Under the pieces are notes generated by a model. It ran no database searches and was not told the DNA's origin. It saw only the letters and a program-made list of their open reading frames with translations. DNA of 63,730 bases, filler included, from Rhabdomonas costata (Eukaryota): assembly GCA_019059605.1 (NCBI GenBank). It is 58 parts of 58 records of this genome, joined end to end, with 100 filler letters (N's around TTAATTAATTAA, not from the genome) between each part and the next. Parts side by side here need not be neighbours in the genome. Positions count along the whole stretch, not along the records: positions 11,012 to 12,012 come from JAHMHO010034434.1; positions 12,113 to 13,115 come from JAHMHO010034435.1; positions 13,216 to 14,216 come from JAHMHO010034436.1; positions 14,317 to 15,317 come from JAHMHO010034437.1; positions 15,418 to 16,418 come from JAHMHO010034438.1; positions 16,519 to 17,519 come from JAHMHO010034439.1; positions 17,620 to 18,619 come from JAHMHO010034440.1; positions 18,720 to 19,719 come from JAHMHO010034441.1; 50 more parts are not named here. One strand, 5' to 3'. A program made the position numbers and the translations under genes. Positions 11,880-25,319 of the stretch are shown piece after piece. Positions within the stretch are counted from its first letter, which is position 1. Every line of letters begins with the position of its first letter.

Positions 11880-12260
11880 GTTTTCGCCCCTTCCGTGCCC
11901 GTTCCGCTGCACCCGTTTAGCTTTTCTTCCGGGGTTGTGCAATTGAATGGAGGAAACTATTTTAATGGCATCGGTCTAGAAATAGTTTCCTCCATTCAAT
12001 TGCACAAACCCCNNNNNNNNNNNNNNNNNNNNNNNNNNNNNNNNNNNNNNNNNNNNTTAATTAATTAANNNNNNNNNNNNNNNNNNNNNNNNNNNNNNNN
12101 NNNNNNNNNNNNTGTGGTTTTGCAGGGACGGTGGCCACACTTATCCTCGCTGTCTCAGCTGTCTATACAACCACGTGTGTTGTGTTCTGATCGAGCGTGC
12201 GTGTGCGCACCCGTGGTTGCGTTTCGTTTGCGCCGGATCTTTCTCACCTTGTTCACATAG

Positions 12261-12996
12261 GCCGTGAAGCTCGCCGAGATGGTTGAAGAAATGACCGCCA
12301 AGGCGGAAAAGTCCGCAGCCCATGTCGAGGATTACAAGGTGTCCAGCAACGTTTTGATTGGTGGGTTGATCGCGATAGGTTGGCAATGAGTATGTGGAAA
12401 TCACCACTCGTGCATTCAGATGGAGCTGGAGGAAATGATGGAAAAGTACCAGGCCCTCACTCAGGAGGACAAGAATGCCGACAAGAAGTTCCGCCAGGCC
12501 TTCGCGATGGCAGAGGAGCATGTCGATGTGCTGCTGAAGCTGCTGAAAAAGAGGCCCAAGGCCAAGGTCTCTCCCACACCTTTCTGTGAATGGGGTTGAC
12601 AGGTGGTGGCTTGCGTGATGAACGGTGCTTACTCCGCATTGGGGCTGTTCAAAGTTGCTGTATTATGTAGCAGTTAATGTCAGAAGACTTTTACTCATCG
12701 ATTCACTCTGCTCTAAAGCAATTCCATGTCTGAAAAGTGAAAAGTGCCTCTTTTCAAGAGGACTTTTGGTGCCTACCTACATTGAAAGAGACACAAGCTC
12801 ATTGCACCCTCATAATAGTCCGCGTGCCCTCTCGCTCCGACAGCAGAGTTTTGGTTGGAGGCTGAGTGTGCATTTTCTTCGTGCTTTTTTACAGGCGAAA
12901 GGGAAGCAGAAGGAGGACACAGACAAGGAGGAGGGATCGGCCAGTATCGACCCCTTTGCCGTGCCCGACCCGAAGGCCAAGACCCACCTCGTCGAC
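12261..12996 (+). CDS. CFAP43: Cilia/flagella protein CFAP43 (WDR96)-like C-terminal region, exons 12261-12338, 12420-12566, 12895-~12996
   Basis: Three phase-0 exons splice in frame; EDKNADKKFRQAF...HVDVLLKLLKKRP...DPF resembles the CFAP43 EDK..D+.F++EF..VD.L.KLFKRRP block. Confidence 0.7.
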
Positions 12997-13028
12997 GTGT
13001 GTGAGCATACGATTCGCCCGTGCGCGCG

Positions 13029-13030
<2 letters not shown>

Positions 13031-13067
<37 letters not shown>

Positions 13068-13107
13068 TCACTCACTCACTCACTCACTCACTCACTCACT
13101 CACTCAC
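13031..13107 (+). repeat. Compound (CA)n/(CACT)n microsatellite
   Basis: Direct reading. Confidence 0.95.
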
Positions 13108-13592
13108 ACCACACANNNNNNNNNNNNNNNNNNNNNNNNNNNNNNNNNNNNNNNNNNNNTTAATTAATTAANNNNNNNNNNNNNNNNNNNNNNNNNNNNN
13201 NNNNNNNNNNNNNNNGTTGTATATTATGCAGGTTTGTGTTTGTGCGTATGCCTGTGGGTTCCCGACTTTCGATGGGGCATTCGATGGGAACATACAGACA
13301 TACGCACAAACACAAACCTGCATAATATACAACACGCGGTGTCGGTGCCATGAATCCCTCTTGTTGCAGTATGACCCAAGTCTATTTATATCTATGAAAA
13401 GTCCATAACCTTTTCCCTCACTAAGGCGCAAGCGAAACCGCAAAGCGAATCACTTAAGCACTGCCAATGAAGTACGACTGACCCACGTCCTTGCGAATGC
13501 AGGGCGGCCCCGGACCGAAAGAGTCCAGTTGGCAAAATGCGATGAAAGAATGAAAAAGAATGAAAGAACCCTTTTCGGGAACCAGAGCGTAC

Positions 13593-13746
13593 GTCTCAAA
13601 GCCCCTAAGGTAGCACTGCTCGCAGACATCGTAGTTATCGGCGCGGTTGCTGTACATCACCCCTCGCTTTGTGCAGACGTTGCAAAAGCAGCTGCTGCGT
13701 TTCCGCTTGTCTTCAACCAGAGTCACTCGACGCAGGGAGGAAGCGC
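13593..13746 (-). CDS. Exon with ZZ-like zinc finger
   Basis: CFCNVC...YDVCEQCY (CxxC...YDxCxxCY); AG/GT bounded. Confidence 0.55.
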
Positions 13747-14357
13747 CTGAATAAAGTTGCACGCACGCACGCATTCCCAGAAACGCGGCACGCAAAAAAC
13801 GACAGGGAGAAGAGTCCTTCCACCCAAAAAAAAACGGGAGGTGAACACTCGACCACTTAGCCGCAAAACGAATCCGGGGCGGAGTTGCAGCATCCAACAT
13901 CCATCAGAGGAGGAGGGCATGTATGTCATTGTCCTATGCCATTCGCCATTTTCAACTTCCAGAATTCGCTTCGTTTTCTGTTTCCGATATTCGGTTTCGA
14001 GTCATATTTTGATTCACTCATACAGCAACCCCAATCCAAATCCAAGTCCTAATACCAAGCCTCACCTTAATCATAACTTCATCCCATTACAAGAGAAGCG
14101 TGTGTGCGTATGTCAACGTGGAGCAATGGGTAAGAGCAGGCTACGCCGAAGAACCCCAACATCACACCCACGAACCCTGGACACCTCACCCCACCGCAAC
14201 GCAAGAACCCAGACCCNNNNNNNNNNNNNNNNNNNNNNNNNNNNNNNNNNNNNNNNNNNNTTAATTAATTAANNNNNNNNNNNNNNNNNNNNNNNNNNNN
14301 NNNNNNNNNNNNNNNNGGGTTTCTTCATGTTTTGGCTTCGGTTGTCGTTGATCTCAG

Positions 14358-15309
14358 TTGAAATGGCAGTCGGCCTTTGTGAGCTCTGGCGAGTCAGGCG
14401 GGGGGAAGCCCACTCCCGGAGAAGGCGACTCCCCTGAGGCAGGCCCAGTGCCCAGTATCCAGGAGCCCTACGATGCCGTGGCGGACGCAGTGTTCCCGGA
14501 CTTAGTCGCGGATATCGACGCAGACACGGAAGAGGTAAGATAGAGCTGCTGAATCCACACTAACATGTCGGGGTAGCTGTGGGTATGTTGTGCATTTGTA
14601 GAATCCAATGTTCTCCAAGGGCTTGAACATTCTTCAGACGGATCCGCCTGTTGTGTGAATGCACCTGTATGAGTCGTTTGAACTGTGCGTGTGTGCGCGC
14701 GTGTGGAATGTCAGCTTTATCACGCATGAGTTTACTGAGAGAACTACGTTTTGCAACCCCGTCACACTCCCAGCCCATCGAAAATGCTCCATATTTGCTC
14801 TGGCCTTGCGGTCACCTATCCAAGCTTGCAATTTTTTTCTTTCCGTCGCTGTTCCGGGGTTGAAATGAATGGTGGGGGGAGTCTTCGGTCTTGACTCCAG
14901 GGCGTGCAGTAATGATTCTCCTAATAGCGGCTTTCGAAGCCTCACAAGGTTCATTTTGGATTTTTCTTATGTATGTGTTGAGATTCACAGCTGGGACGAT
15001 GCTCGACGACGACGCGTTTATAGTACCTCCCCCTTCCTTTCGCCAAGAGTGCTCTGACCGCATGTCCGCATACTGCGCTACTGGCCCGAGCTTTGCCTGT
15101 CTTTCATGTTATTACACGCACAATAACACCCCTCCAAACGAACTCAGGCCGGAGCCTCCTTGGCGTCAGTTCCTGTCGCTTTTCCATTTCAATGCCTCGA
15201 CACTTCTTTTACTTCTGTTCAGATGGAAAGCGTCTCTCAGATGTCCCAGCTGGACGAGGACGACCTCTCCGCCATGGCCGAGGCGGGGCTTCTGCCCACC
15301 GCGGACTCC
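14358..15309 (+). CDS. Acidic unknown protein, exons 14358-14534 and 15223 to contig end (possibly a micro-exon between)
   Basis: AG/GT-bounded GC3-rich segments; the first is 177 nt, phase 0. Confidence 0.4.
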
Positions 15310-15995
15310 AACCCCACNNNNNNNNNNNNNNNNNNNNNNNNNNNNNNNNNNNNNNNNNNNNTTAATTAATTAANNNNNNNNNNNNNNNNNNNNNNNNNNN
15401 NNNNNNNNNNNNNNNNNGTGTTGGGGGGTTTCTTGACTTCGGGTTCGGCGGATCTTCTTGCGTTGGGTGAGCTCTTGAATTGGCCTTCTGTCTCTGGCGG
15501 TATTCGGATAAGTGGGTAGGCCTTCAGTTGCTGGGTTCCTGGGTTGGGGTTACGGGTTCGGTATTCGGTGCGCTGGCTTCAGGGTAGCGGTATCCTGTCG
15601 TCGTGGTAGTCGGCCTTCGTTTCTGCCTTCGTGGGTTGGGTCTTGGGGTTGCCTCGCCCTCCTGTGGTGGTGTTGGGTTGCCTTGCGATGTGGTTGTGGT
15701 GTTGGGTGTCGATACAATGGGTGGCCCTGAGGGTGAGTGTGGGTTCGGGTGTCAATATGGGGATTTCATTGGGTGCTGGTTCCGGGTTCGGCGTGTCGGA
15801 TTCTACATTCAAGGGGTTGGCGCGTTCAAGGAGATCAAGGGGTTGGCGCTAAGGTTGCTGTGTTAGGATTGAGTACAATGGGAGTCAAGGTTGTATGGGT
15901 GCTATGATAGCCGGCACCTACGTCGGACAACAGTGCTCACAAAAAACAACCTGATCACAAACGAGCCACAAGGGGCAACGACAGAAACAGGGGAC

Positions 15996-16172
15996 CTTGG
16001 TGGGGGTCCACGGAAAAGTGAACAGCATCTGCAGCGGGATCATCAGCTTCTCGCAGATGTGGATGTGCACGGTCACCGGGGGGTTCGAGATCATCAGGTC
16101 TGGCATGTATGCGCTGCCGTCAGTGTTCTTTGTGCAGGCATGCCAGCAAGACTCGAAGATTTCCCACATTTC
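15996..16172 (-). CDS. Sterol 3-beta-glucosyltransferase (UGT80/ATG26 family) exon
   Basis: EIFESCWHAC...DLMISNPPVTVHIHICEKLMIPLQMLFTFPWTPT matches the family NPP..H.H.AE.L.IP....FTMPWTPT motif; 177-nt phase-0 exon. Confidence 0.9.
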
Positions 16173-16769
16173 CTGGGAGACCCCCCCACACACATGCACA
16201 CACCGGAAGACCACATCTCCACAGTCTTCCTGACCATTCCCATTCTTTGAGTGATGGCATGGCAGCCCATTGCTGCTTTCTGATAGTAATGACTTGTTGC
16301 GCTGGACTGAGTTCGATAATCACACATTTACACGGGATCCTTGGCGCCTCCTTCCCCTCCCTCATTCTCTCTTCTAATTTAGTTTCAACTTTGTCTGAAT
16401 CCCCAATCCCACCAACACNNNNNNNNNNNNNNNNNNNNNNNNNNNNNNNNNNNNNNNNNNNNTTAATTAATTAANNNNNNNNNNNNNNNNNNNNNNNNNN
16501 NNNNNNNNNNNNNNNNNNTTTTGGGTGGATTTTGGTATAATTTGATGACTGATATCCTATGAATCTAATGCCCTCCACCCCGATTATCAATTCAGTTGAT
16601 TATGAAGTCGCTTAGCCTACTTTTATGTCATGGGGGCTTCATGGGCTTCATTTCATGTTTGCACCTCAGATTGTGCTGTGACCTGTGTAATTTTTTTTTG
16701 CTGATGTTTGGTTGTTGACGGGTGGTGACAGGTGTTGCTTTTTGCTTCTCCCCCTTTGCTTGTCCGCAG

Positions 16770-17085
16770 GGAAGCTGATGGCCCGCCTGGCCACCCTGGT
16801 GCTTCTTGCGGACCAGCTTGGCGAGCGCGGGCTGAGGCGGCAGCTCCTGGGACGGGTGCAGCCCCTTATTAGCATTTGGCTGGACCGGGGCTCAGAGAAC
16901 CCCCTGTTCTATGACGAGAGCTGGGGCGGGGTCATCAGCTGTGGGTGCACCTACGCTGAGGGCAGTGGGCCGGAGGCCCAGCCGCGGTGCAGCAACAACA
17001 AGGCCGCGGCGCAGTGCCCGGCGTTCTCGGATGTGGGGGCGGAGTTCGGGAACCCGTTCTTCAACGACCACCACATCCACTACGG
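16770..17085 (+). CDS. GH81 endo-1,3-beta-glucanase exon
   Basis: GKLMARLA...LFYDESWGGVIS...D.GAEFGNPFFNDHHIHYG matches the GH81 YD..WGG and FGN..YNDHHFHYG motifs. Confidence 0.9.
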
Positions 17086-17790
17086 GTATGTTCAGCTCTG
17101 TCTCTGCTGTTGTCTTTCCATGGCTGCTGCTGTCATTCTTTGCTTGGATGCGTTTTACGTGCTGCTCGTTTTCGGGCTGCTAGTGGATGTTTTCTCATGA
17201 GTGGGTGCTGGAATATGCCTGTTGATGGAATTTTGGTCAGAAATGTGAGCTGAAGGTTCCTTTGCATGCGATGAAGATGTGGTGGTGTGTTTGGTACGGC
17301 TCCTGTGGTTGCATCCGCGAAGGTTGCTGTGACATTCCGGTTGTGCTTATATTGACCTGTGTGCCATTTTATCTGAATGGTGGGAGGGACCACTTCGAAT
17401 GAACGTATGAACCCGTGATTGAGTGTTTTCGACATTCTGACCTATCACAAAGTCCCAGAGCTTCTTGCCGGACTGTCTGGACCCCTTTCCCCCTCCTTTT
17501 TCGACGATGCATCCCCAAANNNNNNNNNNNNNNNNNNNNNNNNNNNNNNNNNNNNNNNNNNNNTTAATTAATTAANNNNNNNNNNNNNNNNNNNNNNNNN
17601 NNNNNNNNNNNNNNNNNNNGGTTGTGGTGACCATAAACGCTGGAGAAGGGTGCACCATATGCGAAGCAGCACAAAGGTGAGGCAAAGGCGCACATACAAG
17701 GGAAAAACAGACTCATGGCCCATCGGAGGATTCAACGGAGTTACAGAAGAAGGGCAAATGAGACAGTATGAAAAAAGGGCGCTGGTCCAC

Positions 17791-18444
17791 CTTCTTCGGG
17801 GGGTTCAGGCGGTTGTACTCCTCTGCAAAATACGCCGCCAGGGCTTGCATCTCCACGTCGAAAAAGTACGCCTCGACGGGCTCCCGGGGGTCCTTGGAGA
17901 TCTTCGCCACGTAGTCCTGCTGCGGGCCTGGGGGCTTGGAGAGGTCCTTCATGTAGAACACCGACCGCAGGGTGCCCTCCTGGAAGGGGTACTGATCAAT
18001 CCGCACCTGGTTCGGTGGCAAAGACCGTAAATTGGGCCTGTGCTTAACCACCAACAAGCAGGAGGTGGAATGACAAGAAGAAAAGGAAAGAAATAGCGTT
18101 TGCGCGACCCTTCTGTGATCACAGGCGCTCCGGGCGGTGGGGAGAGGATCGAAGCAGATTGCATCAAGCGAAGAGAACGGTGCTCAACTTGAGGGACACC
18201 CATTTGTGTCCATGACCACATACACTGCTTTGTCTCTCCATGAGTAAATCGGTTAATTACTAGTCTTGACGCGAATTACGACACCACAACCTGTGAAGCA
18301 TCCAAGGTCATCGTAGGATCGTTTTTCAACTTGACAAGGCAAGACAGACATAAACACAAGCATGCACCAACACACGCACCCGAATCTTGGTCTTCATCCA
18401 AGTCTTGGAAGCAAAGTCGAATGTGTGCTTCGTCACCATCTCCC
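17791..18444 (-). CDS. Alpha-kinase (eEF2K/MHCK family), exons 18444-18380 and 18006-17791
   Basis: KHTFDFASKTW...VRIDQYPFQEGTLRSVF...YVAK...YFFDVEMQALA..FAEEYNRLNPPKK; splices in frame. Confidence 0.9.
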
Positions 18445-21400
18445 CTGAGCGAAAGCACAATCCTGTCTGCCTCCCGCGATCCCGCCTATTTGTTAGCGTT
18501 TGTGTATGTTTGTGCGGTGTGAAGACAGAAAAGAAACACACACCTACACACAAACACGCGTGAAGGAGAGCGATGATGAAAAGAAAAGAAAAGCTGCTCC
18601 TAACCTAAGGCGCGCACAGNNNNNNNNNNNNNNNNNNNNNNNNNNNNNNNNNNNNNNNNNNNNTTAATTAATTAANNNNNNNNNNNNNNNNNNNNNNNNN
18701 NNNNNNNNNNNNNNNNNNNGTGTTTTTTTTACCACCGTCGCGCGCGCGCGAAAATATGCTGCAGTTCGCTCAAAAATGGTCTTTTATGAGGCGTTTGAAG
18801 TGGCCGCTGCGTTTGATCGGTGAAATTGGTACTTTTGTATGCTTTTCATGAGTGGGTGAGCCGCCTCGGGTATACTTAAGTTGTGTTTGCTTCTGCTTTT
18901 CCAGCTTACTTTCAACCCTGATCCTTTGGGTCTGACGAAGGAGTCAGTTCCAATTTAGTGGGCTCATCTCTAAAGGGATCCTGTTGCTTGGCTATTTTCG
19001 GGCTTCAGTCAGTTTCGCTAGTTCAGGGGCAAGGGGGAGGGGTGCATGGGCGATGTTCCCGCTCTCACTGGCTGTGATGCCGGCGGGCGGCTAACGCCCC
19101 CCTTCTCCTGTCACCATTTAGACGGTCCCGTAACGGTTTGACCACCCTCAGTGAGGAAAAATGGCTCTCTAAGCGATTGCCCCCCTTTCCCGTCCACAGC
19201 ATCTAAGCAAACTTTCCGGAATAGTTGTTGGCGTCGGTGCCGTGCTCGAGCGGGTTGTTCACGAGTTCCGGAAAGACGAAGGTTTCAGTTTTCAGTTTTT
19301 AAAATGCCGTCACGTTCGGCATTCTTTTTCATCGGGCTCTGCCCCATGTTTGTTTTCAGACCACGGTGTGGTGGCTCGACACCGCATCGAAGATGGTTCA
19401 GTTCCACCCCCGCGGCCTTGCCGTCAACGCGCTGGCCTGGGAGAGGGCAGCGGGCGTGGGCCTTTGCGGGTGTGTGTGCAGAGCGAGGGGACCTTTTCTA
19501 TTCCCTATCCTTTAAGGATACGTTGCATGGCAGACCAAAACACGGCCATGGTCCCTGCCTTAAGTACGTGTTTGTCAAAGCTCGATGCAAAAAAAACCCA
19601 GCTTGATGCCAGGTTTATCCCTGAGTAGTTTTTCCTGTCGTCCACACCGGTACTGACTTGTTTTCTCTACTATTTAAGGCCAAAAACACGTCTTAGCCGT
19701 AATTTTGCCCCCCACAAACNNNNNNNNNNNNNNNNNNNNNNNNNNNNNNNNNNNNNNNNNNNNTTAATTAATTAANNNNNNNNNNNNNNNNNNNNNNNNN
19801 NNNNNNNNNNNNNNNNNNNGGGGGTGGGGTTAGTGAGGGGTGCTGCTGACCGGGAGAGGACTGCGGCAGAGTTGAGTGAGTGCTGCTGATGCCCATGGGG
19901 TTTCAGCCGGCAGGCATGATCGCGCAGTGCCTGGAGCTGCGGCGGGATTGAACAAGCGACGCTGTGATGAAGGCCACCTTGGAGCGTCGGACGGACACTG
20001 ATCGCCAGAGTGAGTGCGGGGACGGGAGAACCTGACCAGATTGGCGGGATCTACGTGCGACTGCTCTGTTACGTGGACTGCCAGCTGGCCTCGAAACAGT
20101 TGCGGTGCACGGACCCTGGACCGGGGTTTCGGCTTCCATCCGCCAGGATGGAAAGGTTCATGCGGCACACCACAAATCGCTACTCCTTAGGCAGGGAGCG
20201 CCCATGAGACGCTTGCCGAGGAGATGCGGGCGGTGCTGCAGCCATGTGGCTGCGTCGGCGTTGTTGCCCACCGCTACAGATACAAAGCACAGAAGGGGAC
20301 AAGCCGAAACAGAGACCGGGAATGCTCTTCAGATGTATCTGGTGCATGAGTCCGTCCGCTCACACTGGGTAGGTCGTTCTTTTGGGGTGCTTTTCTTCAA
20401 TCGAAATATATCTTCCTCTTGCCCCCCAAATGGAGAGATCCATTAACAAAGTGTATGCATAACGGAAACATTAACCGACGCTTTTTTCTATCAAATAGGC
20501 GCTGACCAAACCTGAATAAGTGCGCCCACCCCATCCTTTCCGGCAGTGACCCAAGAAACCCAACAACAACAAAGGACGCATGGGTGTTCGTAGGCTCTCC
20601 TCTGTCACCCCTGTGATTCTCATCACTCACCACTCCGGCGAAAAGGAGTCCTGCGGCATTTCATCCAAAGAGAAACATTACGTAGGTTTTGCCGCACATG
20701 TGAGAGGAAATCAGGGCCAGGTCAAGCCTGGGTATGCCCGAACCTGAACATGGAAATTTGGCACTGGGAAGCAACGTGGCAGTCAACACTTGACGTAGAA
20801 ATTGAGATTCAAACACCCCNNNNNNNNNNNNNNNNNNNNNNNNNNNNNNNNNNNNNNNNNNNNTTAATTAATTAANNNNNNNNNNNNNNNNNNNNNNNNN
20901 NNNNNNNNNNNNNNNNNNNGGTGGTGTTTTAATCGAAGTCATCAATCCGCGTGAAAGTATCTAGTGGTCACACTATGGTTGTAACGCAATACGCCAGTAT
21001 TCACAAGGAGCTGGGATAATTACGCTTCAGGCTGTTACTGCGGTAATTTTCACGCCACTTTCCATCTTTCTAAGGTACCAATTAATCCGCAAGTTCAACA
21101 CCGTCATTTATTGAAGGAGATACACCGTTCACTTCATGATGGTACTCAGAAGGCACATGTTCCATAAGTCAATGAGCAGCTCAGAGCAACACTTGCGATG
21201 AGCACAGTCACTAAAGAGCGACATTTAACAGCCATTGCACATTTGCAAGGCACTCAAATCTTTTCAATATCGTTGAATCCGCATGTTGCAGGTGTTTCTG
21301 CTGATGCACCGTCAGTGTAAAACTCGTATATATCCACAAGCATAGTAACTACAAGCTTGTCGATGATACTTTGGCTTTGACAGTGACCGACTGATACTGA

Positions 21401-24219
21401 TTGTCCACACCACACTCCGTTTACGCCGTTTGTGAAAGTGAAACGTTTATGCATCAACTTGCAATTTTGCTCTACTAATAACCCGGATTTTGTTTGTCAC
21501 GAAGGCCAATTGGAATTTACGCATGGTGTGGGACCGCCCCACATTTCAGAACGATCATGAACTTTATTTTCCGAAACATGCAAAAGGAGCCTACATCGAC
21601 GACATCTTGGCCAACACCAAGGCCATGGTCGTCGAGCAGCGAAATGTTTGACAAGCTCCTGTAAGAGTCGCTTTTTTGCGATCCCGAGAAAGCCAGAATG
21701 AAGTCGAGTACAACGACAACTCGACTCATCCGACGACTCATCCGGGTGTATATAGGCTTCGTCATTGGGCGGCGCGGGACGTTTTCTGAGCCTTTGTGGT
21801 TTCCACCTGAGATTTGTCTCTGATTACGCCGGCGTTGCCGTAGGTCCTAGTGTGAAGAGGCGGCGTTTGAGATACTGAAGGCGCTCAAGGGGGCAAACAC
21901 CGGCATTGAAGAACCAGAANNNNNNNNNNNNNNNNNNNNNNNNNNNNNNNNNNNNNNNNNNNNTTAATTAATTAANNNNNNNNNNNNNNNNNNNNNNNNN
22001 NNNNNNNNNNNNNNNNNNNCAGTGTGTGCCTGTGCCCACCACCATTGTTCCTCAGGCGCTGAGACAACGGAGCGGACGTAGAGGCGATGAAGGATCGGGA
22101 AGGGGGCAGGGGCTGTCTTCCTTCCAGTGCCTGTCAATTGGTTTGGGTTGGGTTGGGTTGGGTTGGGCAACCTCGCTGCCACCGAGGTTGCTTGTGTCCG
22201 AATAATTGAGTGAGTTGTTGGTGGTGTTTTGTGGTTGTGGTGCCGTCAAATGTTCTGTTGAGCCCGTGCAGGTTTTAAACGAAGAGGTTCGGGTGGCGAC
22301 GTTGTAGGTCGTCAAAATGAAAGTTGATACGGGCCTGGCTAGAAAGGGTGACCTCTGCTGGGGCCTTCTGTACGTATCATTCAACATGGTGGCTGCAAGT
22401 AGCAACCCCGGTATCCGCATCGGTCCCTTCATAAAAAAACAATCCGCGTGCGATGACAGCAGTCCCGCGGGCAACGAGCAGAGGCTGAGGAGGAGGAAGA
22501 GCGTGGGTTGGCAAAACCTTCAGAAGCAGGAACACCCCCAGGAGAAGGTGGCCCTCGGAGAGCTCAGTCACTGCGATCTGGTGGATGAGGTTCTCCTGCG
22601 AATGGGAACGGGCGGCGGGGGAGGGGGCGTGTGAATTTCTGTGCCAAGGATGGCATCGCCATTTTGCAGCAAAGGGTTGGCTCCGCTGCAACACGGAGAG
22701 AGAGACAATTCGAGCCGAAGATTCAACAGGAGGGACATCGTGACTCCCTGTCATGTACTGCGATGAGAATGGGTTACAGAATGGTGTGGTATACGTTTTT
22801 GGTGGTGGTGGTGAATAAAAAAAACAGGGGTTTGGCTGACTGATCTGGTGCATTTTTCGGGGCAATGGTGTGCACGTCATAACAAAAAGCATACAGACAG
22901 CATGGCGTCGTGAAACCCGACAGCAAAAAACGCGCTGGACCCTGGCCCGAAAAAGAAACCAAGGACTAACACTTAACAAGCAGCACACACACACACACAC
23001 AAACGTACACAAACCCACCNNNNNNNNNNNNNNNNNNNNNNNNNNNNNNNNNNNNNNNNNNNNTTAATTAATTAANNNNNNNNNNNNNNNNNNNNNNNNN
23101 NNNNNNNNNNNNNNNNNNNGTGGGGGTTGGGAAAAGAAAGAAAAATCCGGTAGTGTTAGCATTCCTGGTCAATCTTCCAGCGTTAACTGCTCAAAACTTT
23201 GCTCACGCTTGCCTTCTGTCTGTGTGACTCGTGCACCTCCACGTTCTCACCACACTGGTACTACTACCATTCACTGGCGGTGGAAACACACAATCCGTCA
23301 GCGCTGTCTTCCTGTGCTGTCCGCAACACACGTGGCAGCGGAGTAGCATCGCCAAGCAGAGGCACCTACCGCATCGCAAGTGACGGTGGCTCCGGATGGC
23401 TTTGATCCCACGACTGCGCATTGCACGTCGGTCGGGGGGTCTGTCGTCGGCGGGTTACCGTCATCACCTGCTGACCGCATTTCACGTGACAGCAAGTTTT
23501 GATTGCTTGACAGTGGCACTGCATCTCACGTGACAGTGACTCTGTGTCTCGGTTGGACGGGGGTTCCACAACAGCGTAACGCACGTCAGTCGAAGTTCCC
23601 TCAGGGGTGGCAGTCTAGCAACGCACTATGACTTTTGTTAGGTCAAAATATTTTTGAGTTGACTCATCAGACGTAAGGAGTGCAACACACAACAATGACG
23701 TCGCATCACAACTGGCGCAGACGCAACCTGAATCGCACGGTGAATCAGTCGCGCTCGGTCCTGCTGTTGTTTTGATGACATGAGTCAAAGTTTTCAGAAG
23801 CAGGGGAAGTAGACTTCGGACTCCAATGGGCTTACTCCTGACACCTCGTCAGAATCATTTGACCCCGCCACGCGAGCGGTTTTCCTTGGCAGTGCACAAC
23901 ACAAGCAAAGCCGTTGGATGTTCGTAGCTGGTGCCTCGTTGCAGGACGACTCCGTCCGAATTAAGCCAAGCTGCTCGTCTACACCAGGTAGTCCGTCCTT
24001 ACTGAAACAATTACCTTAAAATAATTGTAACACTACCATCTCATCTCCCGCCCCCAGTTTGACCTCTCAAAACCAACCCTCCGCACTCCATCTCCATCTC
24101 CATCTCCAACCCAACCCCCNNNNNNNNNNNNNNNNNNNNNNNNNNNNNNNNNNNNNNNNNNNNTTAATTAATTAANNNNNNNNNNNNNNNNNNNNNNNNN
24201 NNNNNNNNNNNNNNNNNNN

Positions 24220-25219
24220 GAAGCGCAGGGGAGTTTGGTGGAGCTTCAGGCGTTGCATCAGCAGGCAGTTTCTGAGCATAGAACTGCTTTGTCTGATGCT
24301 CGCGCAGAACAAGACGCCCTTCGAGAGAAGTTTGCTCTCGAACATGACTCCATCAAGAAGCAGGCACTTGCCGAACTGGAGCTGAAAGTCCAGCAGTTGG
24401 AAGCGTCCTTTACTCGCAACCAGGCAGAGAGCAAAGCTCAGTTAAGCGCAGTGCAAGAGGCAACGGTTGAGAACATGAGGTTGAGACACGAAGTCCAGGT
24501 CGTCGAGCTAAGTCGGGATATTACAGCTGCAAAAGAAAATGCGGAGCGTTTGGAGATTGTGGTGGAAATGAAGGAACAGCAACTGAGCCTGTCGCAAGCC
24601 ACGTTCCAACAGCTGCACGATGCAAAGGATGCCCTCGAAACGGAGAATGACAAGCTCAATGCGATTTTGTCGGAACTATCGGAGAAGTACAACAAGGAGG
24701 CAGCCCAGCTTCGACGTGAGCTCGCGAGTGCAAATGCTTCCTTGCAAAAAGCGAACAGCGCTGCCGAAGGTTTTGTGGGACTCTTTCAAATGGTTTCAGG
24801 GGATTGCGAAGAGCGCAACGAGCAGTGTGCTCAGCTTCAGACACAACTGGAAACGCTTCGTGAGCGTAGCCACCTGGAAAACAACGAACATGCTGAGGAA
24901 CTGGAAGGTTTGCGAAAACAGCTTCAAGAAGCGCAGGGGAGTTTGGTGGAGCTTCAGGCGTTGCATCAGCAGGCAGTTTCCGCGCATAGAACTGCTTTGT
25001 CTGATGCTCGCGCAGAACAAGACGCGCTTGAGAAAAAATTTGCTTCGGAGTATGAGCTGGTAAAGTCCACAAGCCACGCCGATGCAAAGGGTATTTTAGT
25101 CGAAGCTGAGCAACTCTCAGCGCAGTTGCGAAGTGCATTAGAGAAGCTTCTCGCAGAACAAACGGAGAATACCCGACTCAGTTCTGATTTGGGCAAGGCT
25201 CTTTTAGAACTATCTGCTC
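24220..25219 (+). CDS. Intronless segment of a large repetitive coiled-coil protein
   Basis: Whole contig is one open frame; LVELQALHQQAVS.HRTALSDARAEQDAL recurs after 708 nt. Confidence 0.85.
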
Positions 25220-25319
25220 NNNNNNNNNNNNNNNNNNNNNNNNNNNNNNNNNNNNNNNNNNNNTTAATTAATTAANNNNNNNNNNNNNNNNNNNNNNNNN
25301 NNNNNNNNNNNNNNNNNNN

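Noticed and set aside
21254..21457. EFYTDGAS resembling an RNase H motif
   Set aside because: Isolated motif followed by a stop, with no other RNase H residues.
23250..23725. Several CA-N-TGG words and a T-arm-like segment (23386-23415) suggesting further PBS or tRNA-derived sequence
   Set aside because: No conserved unit and no cloverleaf could be built; compatible with chance.
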